In this document: piece by piece, positions 24,927 to 38,672 of the stretch
How positions within the stretch are numbered: the stretch's first letter is position 1
Layout: each line of letters opens with the position of its first letter
Origin: Octopus sinensis
Lineage: Eukaryota
NCBI RefSeq assembly: GCF_006345805.1
Contig: NC_043013.1
Span: 7,688,001-7,752,000 of the forward strand
DNA length: 64,000 nucleotides
Direction of reading: 5' to 3'
Program-made: the position numbers and the translations under genes
Notes under the pieces: generated by a model
Seen by the model: only the letters and a program-made list of their open reading frames with translations
Databases searched by the model: none
Told to the model about the DNA's origin: nothing

Positions 24927-24960
<34 letters not shown>
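22880..24960. repeat. Compound (TA)n/(ATGT)n microsatellite, about 2.1 kb; a second block lies at 21570-22040
   Basis: Direct reading. It is the source of all the IY/VC-rich ORFs. Confidence 0.95.
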
Positions 24961-24963
<3 letters not shown>

Positions 24964-25462
24964 TGTGTGTCTGTGTATGTCCTGCAACAGCACTTGACAA
25001 ACGATGCTGGTGTGTTGACATCACTGTAACTTAGTGGTTCGGCAAAAGAGACCGATAGAATAAGTACTAGGCTTACAAAGAATAAGGCGGTGCTCCAGCA
25101 TGGCCACAGTCAAATGACTGAAGCAAGTAAGATAGTATGAAATGATACTTTTTTGGAATGGTGAATCTCAAAGCAAAAAAAAAAACAGAAACCCTTTGGA
25201 AGAATGCCTGTCATCTTAACAGGAGATATGGGTTTGTGTCCCAGATGCAGCCCGCAACTTTTTCAATCCAAAGGGTTTTTGAACCCAATATTTACATGCT
25301 ATTATTTATAGCTTTGTCTGCTTTTGTAATTCACTTTTACAAAAGAATTCATACACAGATTTTATTTCTTATGTGAATTCAACTCTTTCATAATCACGTG
25401 GTTTCAGGTTCAGTTATACCACACTGCATTTTGGGGCATATTGCCTTTTATTATCACCTTAA

Positions 25463-25682
25463 CCCTTTAGCATTCAAACTGGCCATATCTGGCCAAAATA
25501 TTTAACCTGTTTTATATTGAAACTGACCAGATCTCGCCTCTCACCTCAGCCCTACAATGTCATTCTAAAACTAAAAAATCACATCACTGAAATCTCTAAA
25601 CTACAAGGTAATGCATGATTAATTCAAACCATTTTAAATAAACAAACATCACATTTGACAGAATAATCTGAACACTAAAGGG
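25463..25682. mobile_element. piggyBac-type MITE, family P1; partial copies at about 50740-51140 and 62416-62585
   Basis: TTAA|CCCTTTAG ... CTAAAGGG|TTAA. Confidence 0.85.
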
Positions 25683-25959
25683 TTAAGTCAATCCAATCCC
25701 TGAGAATGACAATGATTGCGTGGGGTTGGTGGGCTGCGAAAAGTAGTAGTAGTGGTGGTGGGTGGAGTCAGAAATTATATGGAAGCTCATTGGACAAGCT
25801 GTCTTCGGTCCTTGGCGGTTGACCTCATCCATCGCCCTGTACAGCACAATTGCTTGGCCCTAGGGTGCTTTTTACATCGACAATTGTGCGCATGTTCTCA
25901 AGTTTGAAAAAAAAAAAAACTAATTTGATGTCTTAGTTTATTGTTTTCTACTGCATAAC

Positions 25960-26012
25960 CTGTAAGTCGTGGTTTCTTCCTCTGCTTCTCCACTCCATCA
26001 GACACGAGGGGT
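25960..26012 (-). CDS. Candidate exon of the minus-strand gene: PLVSDGVEKQRKKPRLT
   Basis: cctttacag| and CAG|gttatg. Phase 2 in, phase 1 out; it joins in frame to the 16439 exon (G|AT = Asp). Confidence 0.5.
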
Positions 26013-26942
26013 CTGTAAAGGTCACGGTCGTTGTTCCATTAAAATAAAAATCCATTAAAAAATTATTAAAAACTTGTATCTGTATAAATATGTTTCTCTT
26101 TTTTTTTCCGTTAACAGTGAGGCTGATTTTGCTAGATCGAAATTCACTAAGACTCTTTCTTCCAATGAATGAATGTTATTTATTTATTTATTTATTTATG
26201 GTTGTTTGTTTGTTTTATGGGTTCGAAAAGAATGATAAAATCGATTCTTCTGATTCTATATCAGAATGATTATTTTTACCCTGCACTGACATGCTATATA
26301 GTTTGTTGTTTGAAGGCCATAGTTGTTCAGTCTATTCGGAATTGACAAATAAATAAATAAATAGAGGGTGGCGGTGGTGGAGGTAAACGAAAGAAAGAAA
26401 GAAAAGAAAACGAAATGAGAGAGAAAGAGAGGATAGGGAAGAAAACGTGATCAATAATTATCGATCGAAGGGAGATAACCCTACAACAAGGTAGTCAACG
26501 AGCACTGACTCTGAGCAGGTAAAACGTCAGTAGGCTGCAGTTTACTGGTGCACATACATATTTATATAGCTTCCTGCTGCAATCAACTAAGCATACGGAA
26601 CATAATAATAGTACTGCACGCTTCAAAGGAGTCCAAGGTGCTTGCTTTGATGACTGATCTTCAACGGATTAGACCCACCCCCCGCTGTACAATAACAAGG
26701 AGATGCGATCACTGGTGAAGAAAAAGCGAAACTAACATCTGGGTGTGTTATTGTTTATTCTTCCTTTTTGAATGTTGTTTCTTGTCTGTCTTTTCTTTTC
26801 ATTTGTTCTTTGGAATATGTTGTATCGGTTCTGATTGTGAATGAACAGTGTAGTGTGCCTCCTGACAATGAATGACTCGCTAATTACTACTTTTATTTCG
26901 TAACAAATGCCTAAAATCAGAGGTATATATACACATATATAT

Positions 26943-26973
<31 letters not shown>

Positions 26974-29900
26974 GTTTGTATGTATGTATATATATATATG
27001 TATGTATAGTAGAGAGAAGTTCATCGCTTTCTTAAGTCTAAGAAATAAAGTGAAATAAGAATTATAGCGTTACAGCTGAGAATATATACACATCGTTCTT
27101 TCACAATTTATTTACAATGACATGCACACAGACTCAATACATACAAACATTATACACACTACCGCCCCCCTCATATTATATAATATTATATATATATATA
27201 TATATATTATGATATGTAGAAAAATACAAACTGAGACAAGAACGCATAAAAACTTAGAAGACGATATATATATATATATATTTATTTATATATACATACG
27301 TATGGCAGTTGTCCATGAATTAGAAACAAAAGCACACTCGATGTAAGTAATAAAACGGGTATATAGTTATATCTTTATAATCGTCAAACAATATTGTTTG
27401 ATATCTACATATATATATATACACACACACACACACTCATATTTGTGCTTGTCCGTAAGAACAAGGCTAGCAGAGTTTGAGTTAAATAATTACACACACA
27501 CACACACACATAAATACGTGTGTGTGTGTGCCTAGCGCGAACACGTGTACATCAAATTCTTGACATTGCCAATTACAAGAGCTTGTGTTAAAAAGCAACA
27601 GTGTCTTGTAGTTAGTAATAATAGTTATTTTATGCAAAATTATGTTAAAAGTTTTGAAATTCTGCTGCTTGAAGTTATTTGAAATGCTTACAATATAATT
27701 TAATTTGTATTTTTATCTCAATCATACAACTAACCTTATGCTGTTGTTACCACATTTTCAGTGTGGGTTTCCTTGTTTCATTTTTATGATTGTCAGAAAG
27801 TGGGAATACCCACGCATGCCGCCTTATCCGAATTATTTCCATTCGCTTCTTAGTTATTGTCTTTTTTTCTTCATCGTGGCTTAACAGAATTTTGAAATAT
27901 TTAAACATGTGTGGAACAGGCCGACAGTTTTATTCCTGTGTTTATTATATTATATATTTTTTGTTGAAATGAGACAGACACACACACACACACACACAGG
28001 TGTTGTTATAGAATTCTGTCTATGGTGTTCCTGTACGGGGAAAGCCTCTCTTCAAACTTCACAATGGTAACTCGGTGCTTTTAACCGCCTCCCTTTTGCT
28101 CGTCTATAACGATGGAAACAATGACCGATTTTCTATAAAACAATGCCTAATGCCTGACTTGTTTTATGGCTGCAGGCACTGCAGACACAATTTAAAGAAG
28201 CTGGAGCCGGTGTTGTTTTAAATAAATGCTTATGATCTATCTATTCGTTGTTATTTCATTTAAGACAAATCTATATCAATTTAAGGAGCAATAGAAGAAA
28301 ATGTAATTATTATATTTCTAATTTAGCTTGTCATTTTTCTGTCTTAATTTCATTTAAGGCAGATGTAGACAGTTGTAATTATAATGTAGGTGTAATTGTT
28401 ATATATTTCTAATTTCTTTTCGCTTCTGCCTGAGTGTCTCGGGATGCGGTCTTCTGTGAACGTATACAGCTTAACATTTAAAAATTAATGTATCTCATCT
28501 TTCTCTCCATCCGATGCTAATTATATAACGTTCTTAGACATATAAATTTTAAGACAATAGGGTATGATTTAAGGGATATTTGACTGCTATTTTTAGCAGA
28601 GCAAGCGACTACGTAGAGGCTCTCTTGTTGGCTCATTAAGAAAGCTAATTATCTCCTAATTAATAAACGGAAATCTCTCACCAAGCTGTGAATGTGACCG
28701 TTTCGATTCTTTTGACTGTAGCGATTTAATTTAATTCACTTCTGTCGTTAAAGTCCTTGAGAGATGGATGAATGTCACACATTCTTACATCATTTTCCCT
28801 TTGTAAACTCGGCAGCTGTAAAGAATTAATGTTGCTGAAATTATTGTGGCGGACACTAACCAACCGATCAGTGGTTTCAATTCCGATTTAAACAATAGTG
28901 CTTCATTTATGGCGGTAATGCCTTTGGGAAGACACGATTGTCAAATAATAACCATTTTCTCATTTTCAAAGTCTTTTGTGTTACAGCAAAACAAACCAAT
29001 AGTATTTATCCAGTTGATTGATTTGTATGTGGTCAACAAACCTTGTCGGATCTATCGTCCCTTAGGGAACTTCTATGTGGCCGTTCGAACTGGCTAGTAA
29101 TAGCAGCCAAACTTTCAACTCTTGTCCAGTCATCTTAAAAAGGGAAAGAAAAAAATAACGAAGGACACATAGGACGAAATAAGTTTGGATGCACAAAAAG
29201 ATGGGATGGTCACGGTTTGGACGCTGTTGATCATAGGCATGACTGGATCAAGATTAACCAGTGGTTAAATAACAATATACTGTCTTCGCTAATGGGTCTG
29301 CTTTGCCAGGATTGATCCGAGAGGCTAAGCAACCACATCAACCCGTAATTCATCAAGCTTAATTAAAATGCAAATCGAATAGAAACTTTGAAAAACTAAC
29401 ACTTGGAATAGATAAATCGGTTTTCATTCTTTATTGTGGAAGGGGGCTTCATTGTACATCATCTTTCGAGGAGAGAAATTATAAAGAAAAATTAAAAACG
29501 AAAACGCATGGACACAATTTCGATTTTTTTTCCCATGCCCGAAGCAGGAAAAAAAAAAAAAGGAAAAGGAAAACAAACGTTACATAGACTTCTAGATAAA
29601 CTATTTAGATTTCACAGTTGATTTTTTATAAGTCAGTTCTTTGTTCGGATCATAATCTCTCTCTTCACAGCCAATATTTGGGCGTTGAATATTAAAAAAA
29701 GGTTATCTTGTCACGATATGATATGCTTCATTAGATTACAGTTCACGCATTATTATTGTTGTACACCCTATGACTAATAACAATTATCTACTTCTTCCCC
29801 CACCACCTCTCTCATACAAGCTCAGTCAGCTGAAAGTAAATCTTTTTATACCCTCACACAAAACACTATATGAATCAGCTGCAGAGTACTTGACCGGCAC

Positions 29901-32109
29901 TTTATTTTATCGAGCCGGAAGAATGAAAGGCGACGCCGAGTTTAAATCCCTTCGAGGTCGACCTCTATGGAGAACGTAAAGGCTCGTCCGACGCCCCAGC
30001 GAATTTGCCAATTACATCTTTTTCTGTCTCTACTGGAAAATCTTCCAGCCGTGCCTTCAGCATGATAAATATATAGCTAAATGTAAGCTACCCTACATTA
30101 GATGGTGAACCGAAAATAACGACTAATTTCTTGAAATTACAAATCTAATGAAAAAAAAAATTGTAGCGTCAATGAAAATTTGTTGTCAGAGGAAATAAGG
30201 GAGAGAACTCTTGAAAATTTAAATCTACTTCTAGGTTGAAATATGCAAGAAGGTGCGGGGCAGAGAAATGAATTTGATCATAGCTGATAAGTTCGGACAC
30301 GTTCTGATCATATTTGAACCTCCTTGACAAATCTTAAATCAACTAAGAATTTGTGTCAAGAGATATACTCTTTTTACTCGTGTATAATACGAGAAACTTA
30401 ACGCCAAAAAATATCAGGGTAAAATTAGTGACCTGGGTGAGAGGCAGTGTATTCGTGAGAAATATATTTGGGAAGCAAAACTAAACTACTTCCAGCTCAG
30501 CTCACCAGACAATATACGCACAATCCCTCTCACTCCCACACACACGCCGTCAGCTTTCTGGACCTCCAACCACGTCTTTCATTGGCCCCTAGATGGGGAA
30601 GCATTATGCTTGTTGGTGAGGGGGGGGGGGCTTGGGTAGATAAAAGGGATTATTGATATTTAGGTACAAAATGTCGGATCGCGAAACTTGCTGAGTTTGC
30701 CATGAGCCCTCGGACTCAAAGCCGAAATTTAATCCTGTTTCCATGGTGTAGTACAAAAGCCCCCTTGCCCCCTAAACGGGACATGTCGGTCTGTCGCAGG
30801 GAAAACTTCCCGGCTATTGCTAGAATTCGTTTACCGCTGAGTGGACTGGCGCGACATGAAACGAAGTGTTTTGCTCAAGAACACAACGTATCGCTCAGTT
30901 TGGGGAATCGAAATCAACATCCTACATGAGTACTACACCTTAGCCTCTGGGTCACGTGTCTTCACTGCGTTACCTGTCCTTGGGTAAAATACAGTGGTAC
31001 TTTTTTTTGTGTGTGTGATGGGGTGGTGCTGGTGGTGGATTGGCAGAATCGTTAGAGCATCTGACAAAATGCTTTGCGTTATTTCTTTCGGCTCTTTACG
31101 TTCTCAGTTCAAATCCTGCCGGGGTCAACTTTCAGTTTCATCCTTTCGGGGACAAATAAACTACCAGTCGAGCATTGAAATTGATGTAATCGACTAACAC
31201 CCTTCTCTAAAACAAACAAAAAATCGCTAGCCTTGAACTTAAAATTAGAAACTAGTTTTTTGTGAAAAGCTGTCACTGATTTGACAAATTAAAATATTCC
31301 TTTCGATTATAGATACACGGCCTGAAATTTCGAGGGGAAGAGCTAGTCGATTGTTTTATCAAAACTGAAAGAATGAAAAGCGCAGTCGACCTCGGCGGAA
31401 ATTGAACGAAAAGACGGGCAAAATGCCGATAAACATTTTGTCCGACTCGCAAACAATTCTGCCAGCTAGACAAATTAAAATAGGAATTTTCCCAGGGTGC
31501 CTTCTGCACGAAACCCTTATGTATAAGTGCAAGCTATCATTTCTGAAGCAGCGAAACGAAAATAACTTTTAATTAATTGAAATTACAACCTTAATGAGTA
31601 AGAAAAAATTAATTGATGTTAAAAATAGTTTTCAAATGGCTTATTTTAATAGGAATTATGCAGGGATTAGAGAGGAAGGAAGTTGGGTCTTTTGGCAGCC
31701 GTAGTGACAACCCCAGACGTGTGTTTAATTGTACCGAGAGAAAATTTTCGTTAATTTTCATTACTTCTAATTTTCATTAGGGTTATAATTTTAATTAATT
31801 AATTACATTTTTTTTTATCACCATTTCAAGTATGGTATTTTGTTCCTAACTATATAGCTACACGTTCTACATACAGAAAATATGTTTGGGAAATTTTCCA
31901 AAATCATTTAAAAACTTTATATATTTTTTTAATCTTTTTCTCACTAGATTTGTAATTTCAATAACTTAGAAAATCATTTTCGTCTCACCATTCTTAAGTA
32001 TGGTTAATTCATAATAAGCCTTTTGTGCTTCCTTCTACCTAATCTATTAACACACTAAAAAAAAAAATTTTTTTTTCGACCATACGGTCACTTATCTTCT
32101 GAAGTACAA

Positions 32110-32640
32110 TTTCGTTAATGCATAAACAAACACACATATGACAGACAGGCATACATACACAGACAAACAGGTAGACATACATACATACTCACAGACAGGC
32201 AGACAGGCATACTTACAGACAGGCAGACATACATACATACTTACAGACAGGCAGACATACATACTTACAGACAGGCAGACATACATACTTACAGACAGGC
32301 AGACATACATACAGACAGGCATACATACATACAGACAGACAAACAGGCATACATACATAGACAGACAGACAGACAAACAGGTATACATACATACATACAT
32401 ACATACATACAGGCAGGCAAGCATACATACAGACAGAGACAGGTATACATACATACATACAGAGAGACAGACAAACAGGCATACATACATACATACATAC
32501 AGGCCAACATACATACAGGCAGGCATACATATAGACAGACAGGCAGGCATACATACAGACAGACAGGCCATACATACATGCAATACATACATACAGACAG
32601 GTATACATACATACATACTGACAGACAGACAGACGCACGC
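32110..32640. repeat. Compound (ACAG)n/(ACAT)n tetranucleotide repeat
   Basis: Direct reading. Confidence 0.9.
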
Positions 32641-33029
32641 ACGTGTGTAGGGGGGCGAGCTGATAAAATCGTTGGCGAGTCGGACAAAATGCTTGGCAGT
32701 GTTTTTCTTTTTCCGGCTTTACGTTCCGGACTCAAATTCCATCAAGATCGACTTTGCCTTTAATCCTTTCGAGGTTGGTAAAACAGGTAGCATTTGGGAC
32801 GAAACAATCGATTTACCTACGCCCTTAAAATAGTTGGCCTGGCGCCAAACTTTGAAACCATAAACGTACATATACATACATAAACACACACACACACACA
32901 CATATATGCAAATATACATCAATGCATACATAAATACTTACACACATATACATAGATAACACACATGCATATATACATACGTACATACACACATGCATGC
33001 ATACATGGATACATACACACAAACATACA

Positions 33030-33168
33030 ATATATGGCGTGGCTGTGTGGTAAGAAGCTTTGCTTCCCAACCACACAGTTCCGGGTTCAGTCCCACTGCG
33101 TGACACTTTCGGCAAAGTCTTGTGAGTGGGTTTGGTAGACGGAAACTGATAGAAACCCGTCGTGTGTC

Positions 33169-33204
<36 letters not shown>

Positions 33205-33395
33205 CGAGTCTTTGTGTCTGCCCCCACCTCATTACAACCGGTGTTGGTGTGTTTACGTCTCCCGTAACCTAGCGGTTCGGCAAAAGAGACCGATAGAATA
33301 AGTACTAGGCTTTCAAAGAATAAGTCCTGGGGTCAGTTTGTTCGACTAAAGGCGGTGCTCCAGCATGGTCGCAGTCAAATGACTGAAGCAAATAA
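33030..33395 (+). mobile_element. SINE-A with an internal deletion
   Basis: Head, partial core, microsatellite and full tail. Confidence 0.85.
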
Positions 33396-33810
33396 AAATT
33401 ATATGTGTCTGTGTGCATACACACATGCATGTATACACACATTAGATTCCGGCACTAGCTTCTGTATCCCTAAGTATTTGCAGCATCGGGTGAAGAGCAG
33501 ACAAAATAAATTTATTCAAATTGTGCCCCACATGCCTTATATATTCGTAACAGTTTGGGATCTTGTCTCGGTGGTATACGGACCTATAAAAGAGTGAGTG
33601 TTCGAGCCAATGAAACGACCCTACGCTGTTGCTCGACGTACTAGATAAAAGTTACAAAACTCCCTCAAATCATGCCCCATCAAATTGAAGAGACAATGGA
33701 CACGTTTGCTATTGTAAATTTAGATAGACAATGGCCAAGAATGGGTTGGAATAACTAAGGTTAATTGAGAGCTAGATTCAAACTCGGATTTTGTTCACAA
33801 AACAAAGAAA

Positions 33811-34235
33811 GGCAATCTTTCGTCTCTAGTAGACCTTTCCGTCGATTTCCGTAAAAATTTTTTTTTTTTTTACATATGGGCTTTCGGGATCTTTTGAAGT
33901 AATGAGAGCGAAAGAGACTAAGAGAAAGCGATTGTATGACGAGGGAAGTTCTTTTGAAGTTACCGTGCATGTGAAGCATTGATGTACATGTGTATGTGTG
34001 TGTGTGTTTGATGGGGTGTGGGAGACAGACAGTATGTTGTGTAAGTGAAGTGCTTCTGTTAGTGTGTGTGAAGAGACTGAGTAATGTGTGAAAGAGAGAG
34101 ATAACTGAAATTTTTTACTCGGTGTATGTGTATATGTATGTATATTACTTCAAAAGTTCCCGCAAGCCCATATGTAAAAAAAAAATTTTTTTTACGGAAG
34201 TCGACGGAAAGGTCTACTAGAGACGAAAGATCGCC
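33811..34235. mobile_element. MITE with about 90-bp TIRs and an 8-bp TSD (Mutator/Merlin-like)
   Basis: GGCAATCTTTCGTCTCTAGTAGACCTTTCCGTCG.. and its inverse ..CGACGGAAAGGTCTACTAGAGACGAAAGATCGCC. TSD CAAAGAAA (33803-33810, 34236-34243). Confidence 0.85.
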
Positions 34236-36713
34236 CAAAGAAAATATGCTTGCACTCATTCATAAGTACAACTTAACTGTAAACACACTTGAGAGGAGAC
34301 AGGTCTCTCGGAAACAATGTCAGGGATCTGGTTTCGATATCTTGGTAACACACGTTGCTTAACATATTTCGGCAAGTTAAGGCGGCGATGTGACAGAATA
34401 GTTAGCACGCCAGGCCAAATTCTTAGCGGCATTTCGTCTGTCTTTGCGTCCTGAATTCAAATTCCGTCGAGGTTGACTTCACCTTTTATCCTTTCAGGAT
34501 CGATAAAATAAGTGCCAATGAAGCTCTTGGGTCGATGTAAGCGATTTCCCGCCATTGCCGGAATTACTGGCCTTGTGCCAAAATTTGAAACCAATATATT
34601 TTGACAAGGCGAGTGAATTGGCAGAATCGTTAACACGCCGAGCAAAATATTTAGCGGCATTTCGTCCGTCTTTAAATTCTGAGTTCAAATTCCGCCGAGG
34701 TCGACTTCACCTTTCATCTCTTCAGGGTCGATAAAATAAGTACCAAATGAGCACTGAAGTCGATATATTCAACTAATTTCCTCCCTTGAAAGTGCTGGCC
34801 TTGTGCCAAAATTCGAAACCAATATATTTTGGCAAGTTATGAACGGCATAACACCTATTTCCCTTCCAAAATCCATCAAACTCACCACTTATTTGGTTGA
34901 AGCGCTTCTTTCTTTTATTTGTTTCAGCCATTGGACTGCGCCCAGGCTGGGGCACCGTCTTGAAGGGTTTAGTAAAAGAATTCGGGATCTTTTCCTTTTG
35001 AACGGCGCATGTCAACACAATTTCTTGTTAACTAAACACTTTAAAACTTCGTATACTGGTAGAATGTGTCAAAATAAAACATTTTTTCCTCTTGGCTTTC
35101 TTGATAAAATTGTAATTCGTTTGTTTAACGTAGTTTAATTTTTCGAATTTTAACCAATCAATTGCCTCTAATTGAGCTAAAATCATTTGCTGCGTCTAAA
35201 ACTGAGACAACATCCTGTCACTAACCCTCACCCTAAATTTTAGCCTTTCGTTTTTTTTTTTTAATATACGTAAAGATGAAATCGATCTCTCAGTTTTTTT
35301 ATCGCTTATTCTTGGTTTACAACTAATTTTTCTCTCAGAGTAAGGTCTAGGCCCTTGGATTAGAAACTGTCAAATTACCATTTCTTAAATGATAGTGATA
35401 ATTGTTGTCATAGTTACCACTATAGTCGCATGTCTACTATTTTAACGTATATTCCATGCCTCTTCTGCATGTACCAAGCCTTATGAAGCCTGTCTCTAGG
35501 CACCCCTACGAACATCTGTTGTCTATTAACTTTATATGCACTTCTGTACCCTGTCGAGACAAAGTGACCCACTGGTTAAAGTATAAGACTATCTAATAAG
35601 GGAGCGTTATTCTATACACCCACTGTAAGTGTCTCGTATTTCTGGGCAAGCTAGTTTATTTTACATTGCTGAAATTCACAGAATTGGCGACGTGGAGAAA
35701 AGGTACTAAGTTCATCTGAAAATGTCACCTGCGATAGACTGACCTTTTTAGCCAGCGGAAGAGTTATCGCCCATTCACTTTACGCCTTGAAACTGCAAGC
35801 TTAAGATTGGCTTGTCAAAAGACAGTCGGTGCTTCAGAAGTGGGCTTTTTTTTTTTTTTTTTACACACACCGGCATAATAATTTGTGTTACACCTTTATT
35901 ATAAAGCGCTCGTGGACGCAATGGACTGCTACCTGTAGTAGAATTTGAAATTGATCTTAAAAAAGCGTGCCTTTTAAATAAACCTGAACTGTGCTCACTA
36001 AAATACTGCACAACTAACCGGAAAAAGAAAATCGCACACACACGCGGAGGGCTCTATATGGTTACTCGCTTGCTAAATATAGCAGCCAAATATCCCGTCT
36101 TAAAAGAGAAGGACATTCTTTAGATAATGCAATCCGATATGCTCATGAAAAAATAATTAGAAGATATATTATGCCTGAATAATAAAAAATAAATAGATCG
36201 TCAAAGTTGGAACACCTTAAGAACACAATAACAGGCATTGTCAATCTGTCTTTTTCCAAACAACAAAGGCTTCTTTATGTGGTTGTTCCACTTGCTAGAA
36301 GTAATAGCCAAATCTCTCTGAATCTACACCTTATCGTGCAAAAAAAGGAACATGTTGATTACTGAAGTTCATTATTCTCGGAAGAAAGAGAAAAAAAATG
36401 CACAGTAGGGGATTGGAACTATCGCTGCTAGCATGAATCTAAACAATATAACTCGCCTTCTAAAGAACTGTTTAGTAGAAAGAAAAGCTGGGAACGTTGT
36501 ATAACTTTTCCTAAGTTTATGGGAAATGAAATAGCTTCAACTGGGGATTGAAACTGCGTCGCAGTATTAATTCTCCTTAGTAATTACCAACTTTTTTTTT
36601 CTTCTCAATCCACGAAAAACGTACTAAAAGTACATAAAGTATTCTTCTCTACTCTAGGCACAAGGCCCAAAATCTTTGGGGAGGGGGGCAGTCGATTAGA
36701 TCGACCCCAATAT

Positions 36714-37179
36714 GGGCAAAACTTCCGCCCGTCCCCGCCAAAAATCACCCGTTAAAAAAATTTTTTTTTTCGACGGGGAATGCGAATCCGCAAAAAATTT
36801 GGCAAAAATCATCATTTTTAAATAAACCCCACCTCACCCTCAACCTCATTTCCTTCATTTTTAAAAACTTTTTTCAGAATTTTTTTTTTCAAAATATGCA
36901 GAAAAATACGGAGATATTCTGAAAAAAAATTTCCAAAAATTTTTGTAAAATCTTTTTTGATAAATATGCAGAAAAATACGGACATTGGGGTTTTAGGATT
37001 AGGGTTAGGGGAAAAAAAGTCAAAATTGAAGAATTTAGGGAGGAAAGAGGATAAAATTTAACAATGCCGCTTTTTGGTAATTTTCCGGAACCTCCGTATC
37101 CGAAAACGGGGTTTTCACAAAAGAATTTTTTTTTTAACAAATTTGGGTGAAAATGAGTGGAGGGCGGAAGTTTTTCTCC
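36714..37179. mobile_element. Unclassified MITE inserted in a SINE-D copy (about 36645-37240)
   Basis: Imperfect TIRs GGGCAAAACTTCCGCCC and GGGCGGAAGTTTTTCTCC. AATAT is duplicated (36709-36713, 37180-37184). Confidence 0.75.
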
Positions 37180-38618
37180 AATATGCAACTGGTACTTAAT
37201 GTATCACCCTCGAAAGAATGAAAGGCCAGCTCGCCGCCTTAAATACGTAAAGCATTAACATGGTATTACATTTAAAAAGTTTTGTAGAATTTAAATTGTT
37301 TTAAAAGAGAGGCGAGTAGACACCTTGTGCTTTGATGCAAAGGAATATGCATGCACCGATATGATGTCTTAAAAAAAATAAAAACACCCAAGTTTTGCAA
37401 AATATCCTACCACTTTCCGACTCGCCTCCAAAACTTGCGGCACATCTGTGCTTTATGTGTGTTTTGCAAACGTCTAATCCAGCAAAAAATTCAGAATCCA
37501 AGGAAACTAATGTGTGTCAATTGGAGAGTTGGATAAGTATATTCGGCGCGAGAGTTTATAAAATCGTTTTCAGGGTTAACCTTTCTTCCGGGAGGGAAGG
37601 AGAGGGAAAGGTGTCATTGTCACCCTCAATGATTGGTTATTTCAAGCCCAGGAGAACACAAAGAGTACCGAGGGACCGTACGTTTGATTCTTCTCAGCAC
37701 TGCAATGAGATATGGGTTAAAATAATTGATTCTCCAATGTCACAGTCTGTCTGGCTGTACGTAGTTCCACAGCTCTGAAACAATTTTCTGCTGTTGATCC
37801 TTAAATATGTTCTTGCTGTGACCATCGAGGGTCTGCGCAGTGGATTGAATCAAATCCTTTACTGTGTCACTGCGAAGCGGACTTCTCAACTATATAGCGA
37901 TTAGTGGGAAAACATAAATTAGAAAGAGGATAGCCAGTAGGAAAATCGCATGCGATGTAACTGGGCGCGAGACGAGAAGGATAATGATGAATGGGTTCGG
38001 ATTTTAGTAATCAATGTATCAGTTAAAGGTCAGAATCCGTTGTAGTAGCAACAGGAGAAAGAGAGAACACCAGAACACGTGAAAGTCGTTGCTGAGCCCT
38101 TGGTTGATCAGACAACAGATTTTCCAAGAAAACCTAATCACTACATTGTCCCCGTTTTTTTTTCTTTTAAGACGACAAAGTGTAATTTGGGGGACGTTTG
38201 ACAGTTATTTCAAGTAGGTCGAACATCCGTGTAATGATATCCTCGTTGACGAGAGAAAGAAATAATTGTAGGCTATATTGTTAAATAAAAACTTGTCTAT
38301 CAGGTTTCGCGACATTTTTCTGCCGTCCTCACAATATCTACTTTATCTTTGTGTAAGCGTGCGTGCTACTGTATAACTACAGGTTACTCCCATTCGAACA
38401 GACTTATGATCAAAAGCACTCTAACCGTGACTGCAATTACGAGTATCTAATACTACTTTATCTTTCCTGTGTTTGCCCTCTTTTAAAACGTAGTGGGTAT
38501 GTGATTTGAGGAAGATCCAACTGGTTTCTAGCAGTCGAGCGACCACCTAGAGGCTCTCTCTTATTGACACGAATATGTGGTGCGAGTAATATGTGTGGCA
38601 ATGATGTGGATAGGATGT

Positions 38619-38672
<54 letters not shown>

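Larger units (their letters stand above)
21407..25135 (+). mobile_element. Single SINE-A copy split by microsatellite expansion and a CR1 insertion
   Basis: The 5' half is at 21407-21575 and the matching 3' half at about 24960-25135. Between them lie only (TA)/(ATGT) repeats and the LINE fragment. Confidence 0.8.

Noticed and set aside
21440-25029. Dozens of IY/VC/MY-rich ORFs
   Set aside because: Translations of (TA)n/(ATGT)n microsatellite.
25185-25280. 12-bp inverted repeat AAACCCTTTGGA, possible pre-miRNA
   Set aside because: The interior pairs poorly and I recognised no conserved miRNA here or elsewhere in the window.
32092-32735. ORFs over the ACAG/ACAT tract
   Set aside because: Simple-repeat translation.
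36993-37012. TTAGGG-like repeats, also near 15760 and 35220
   Set aside because: Only two or three degenerate units inside transposon relics, not an interstitial telomere.
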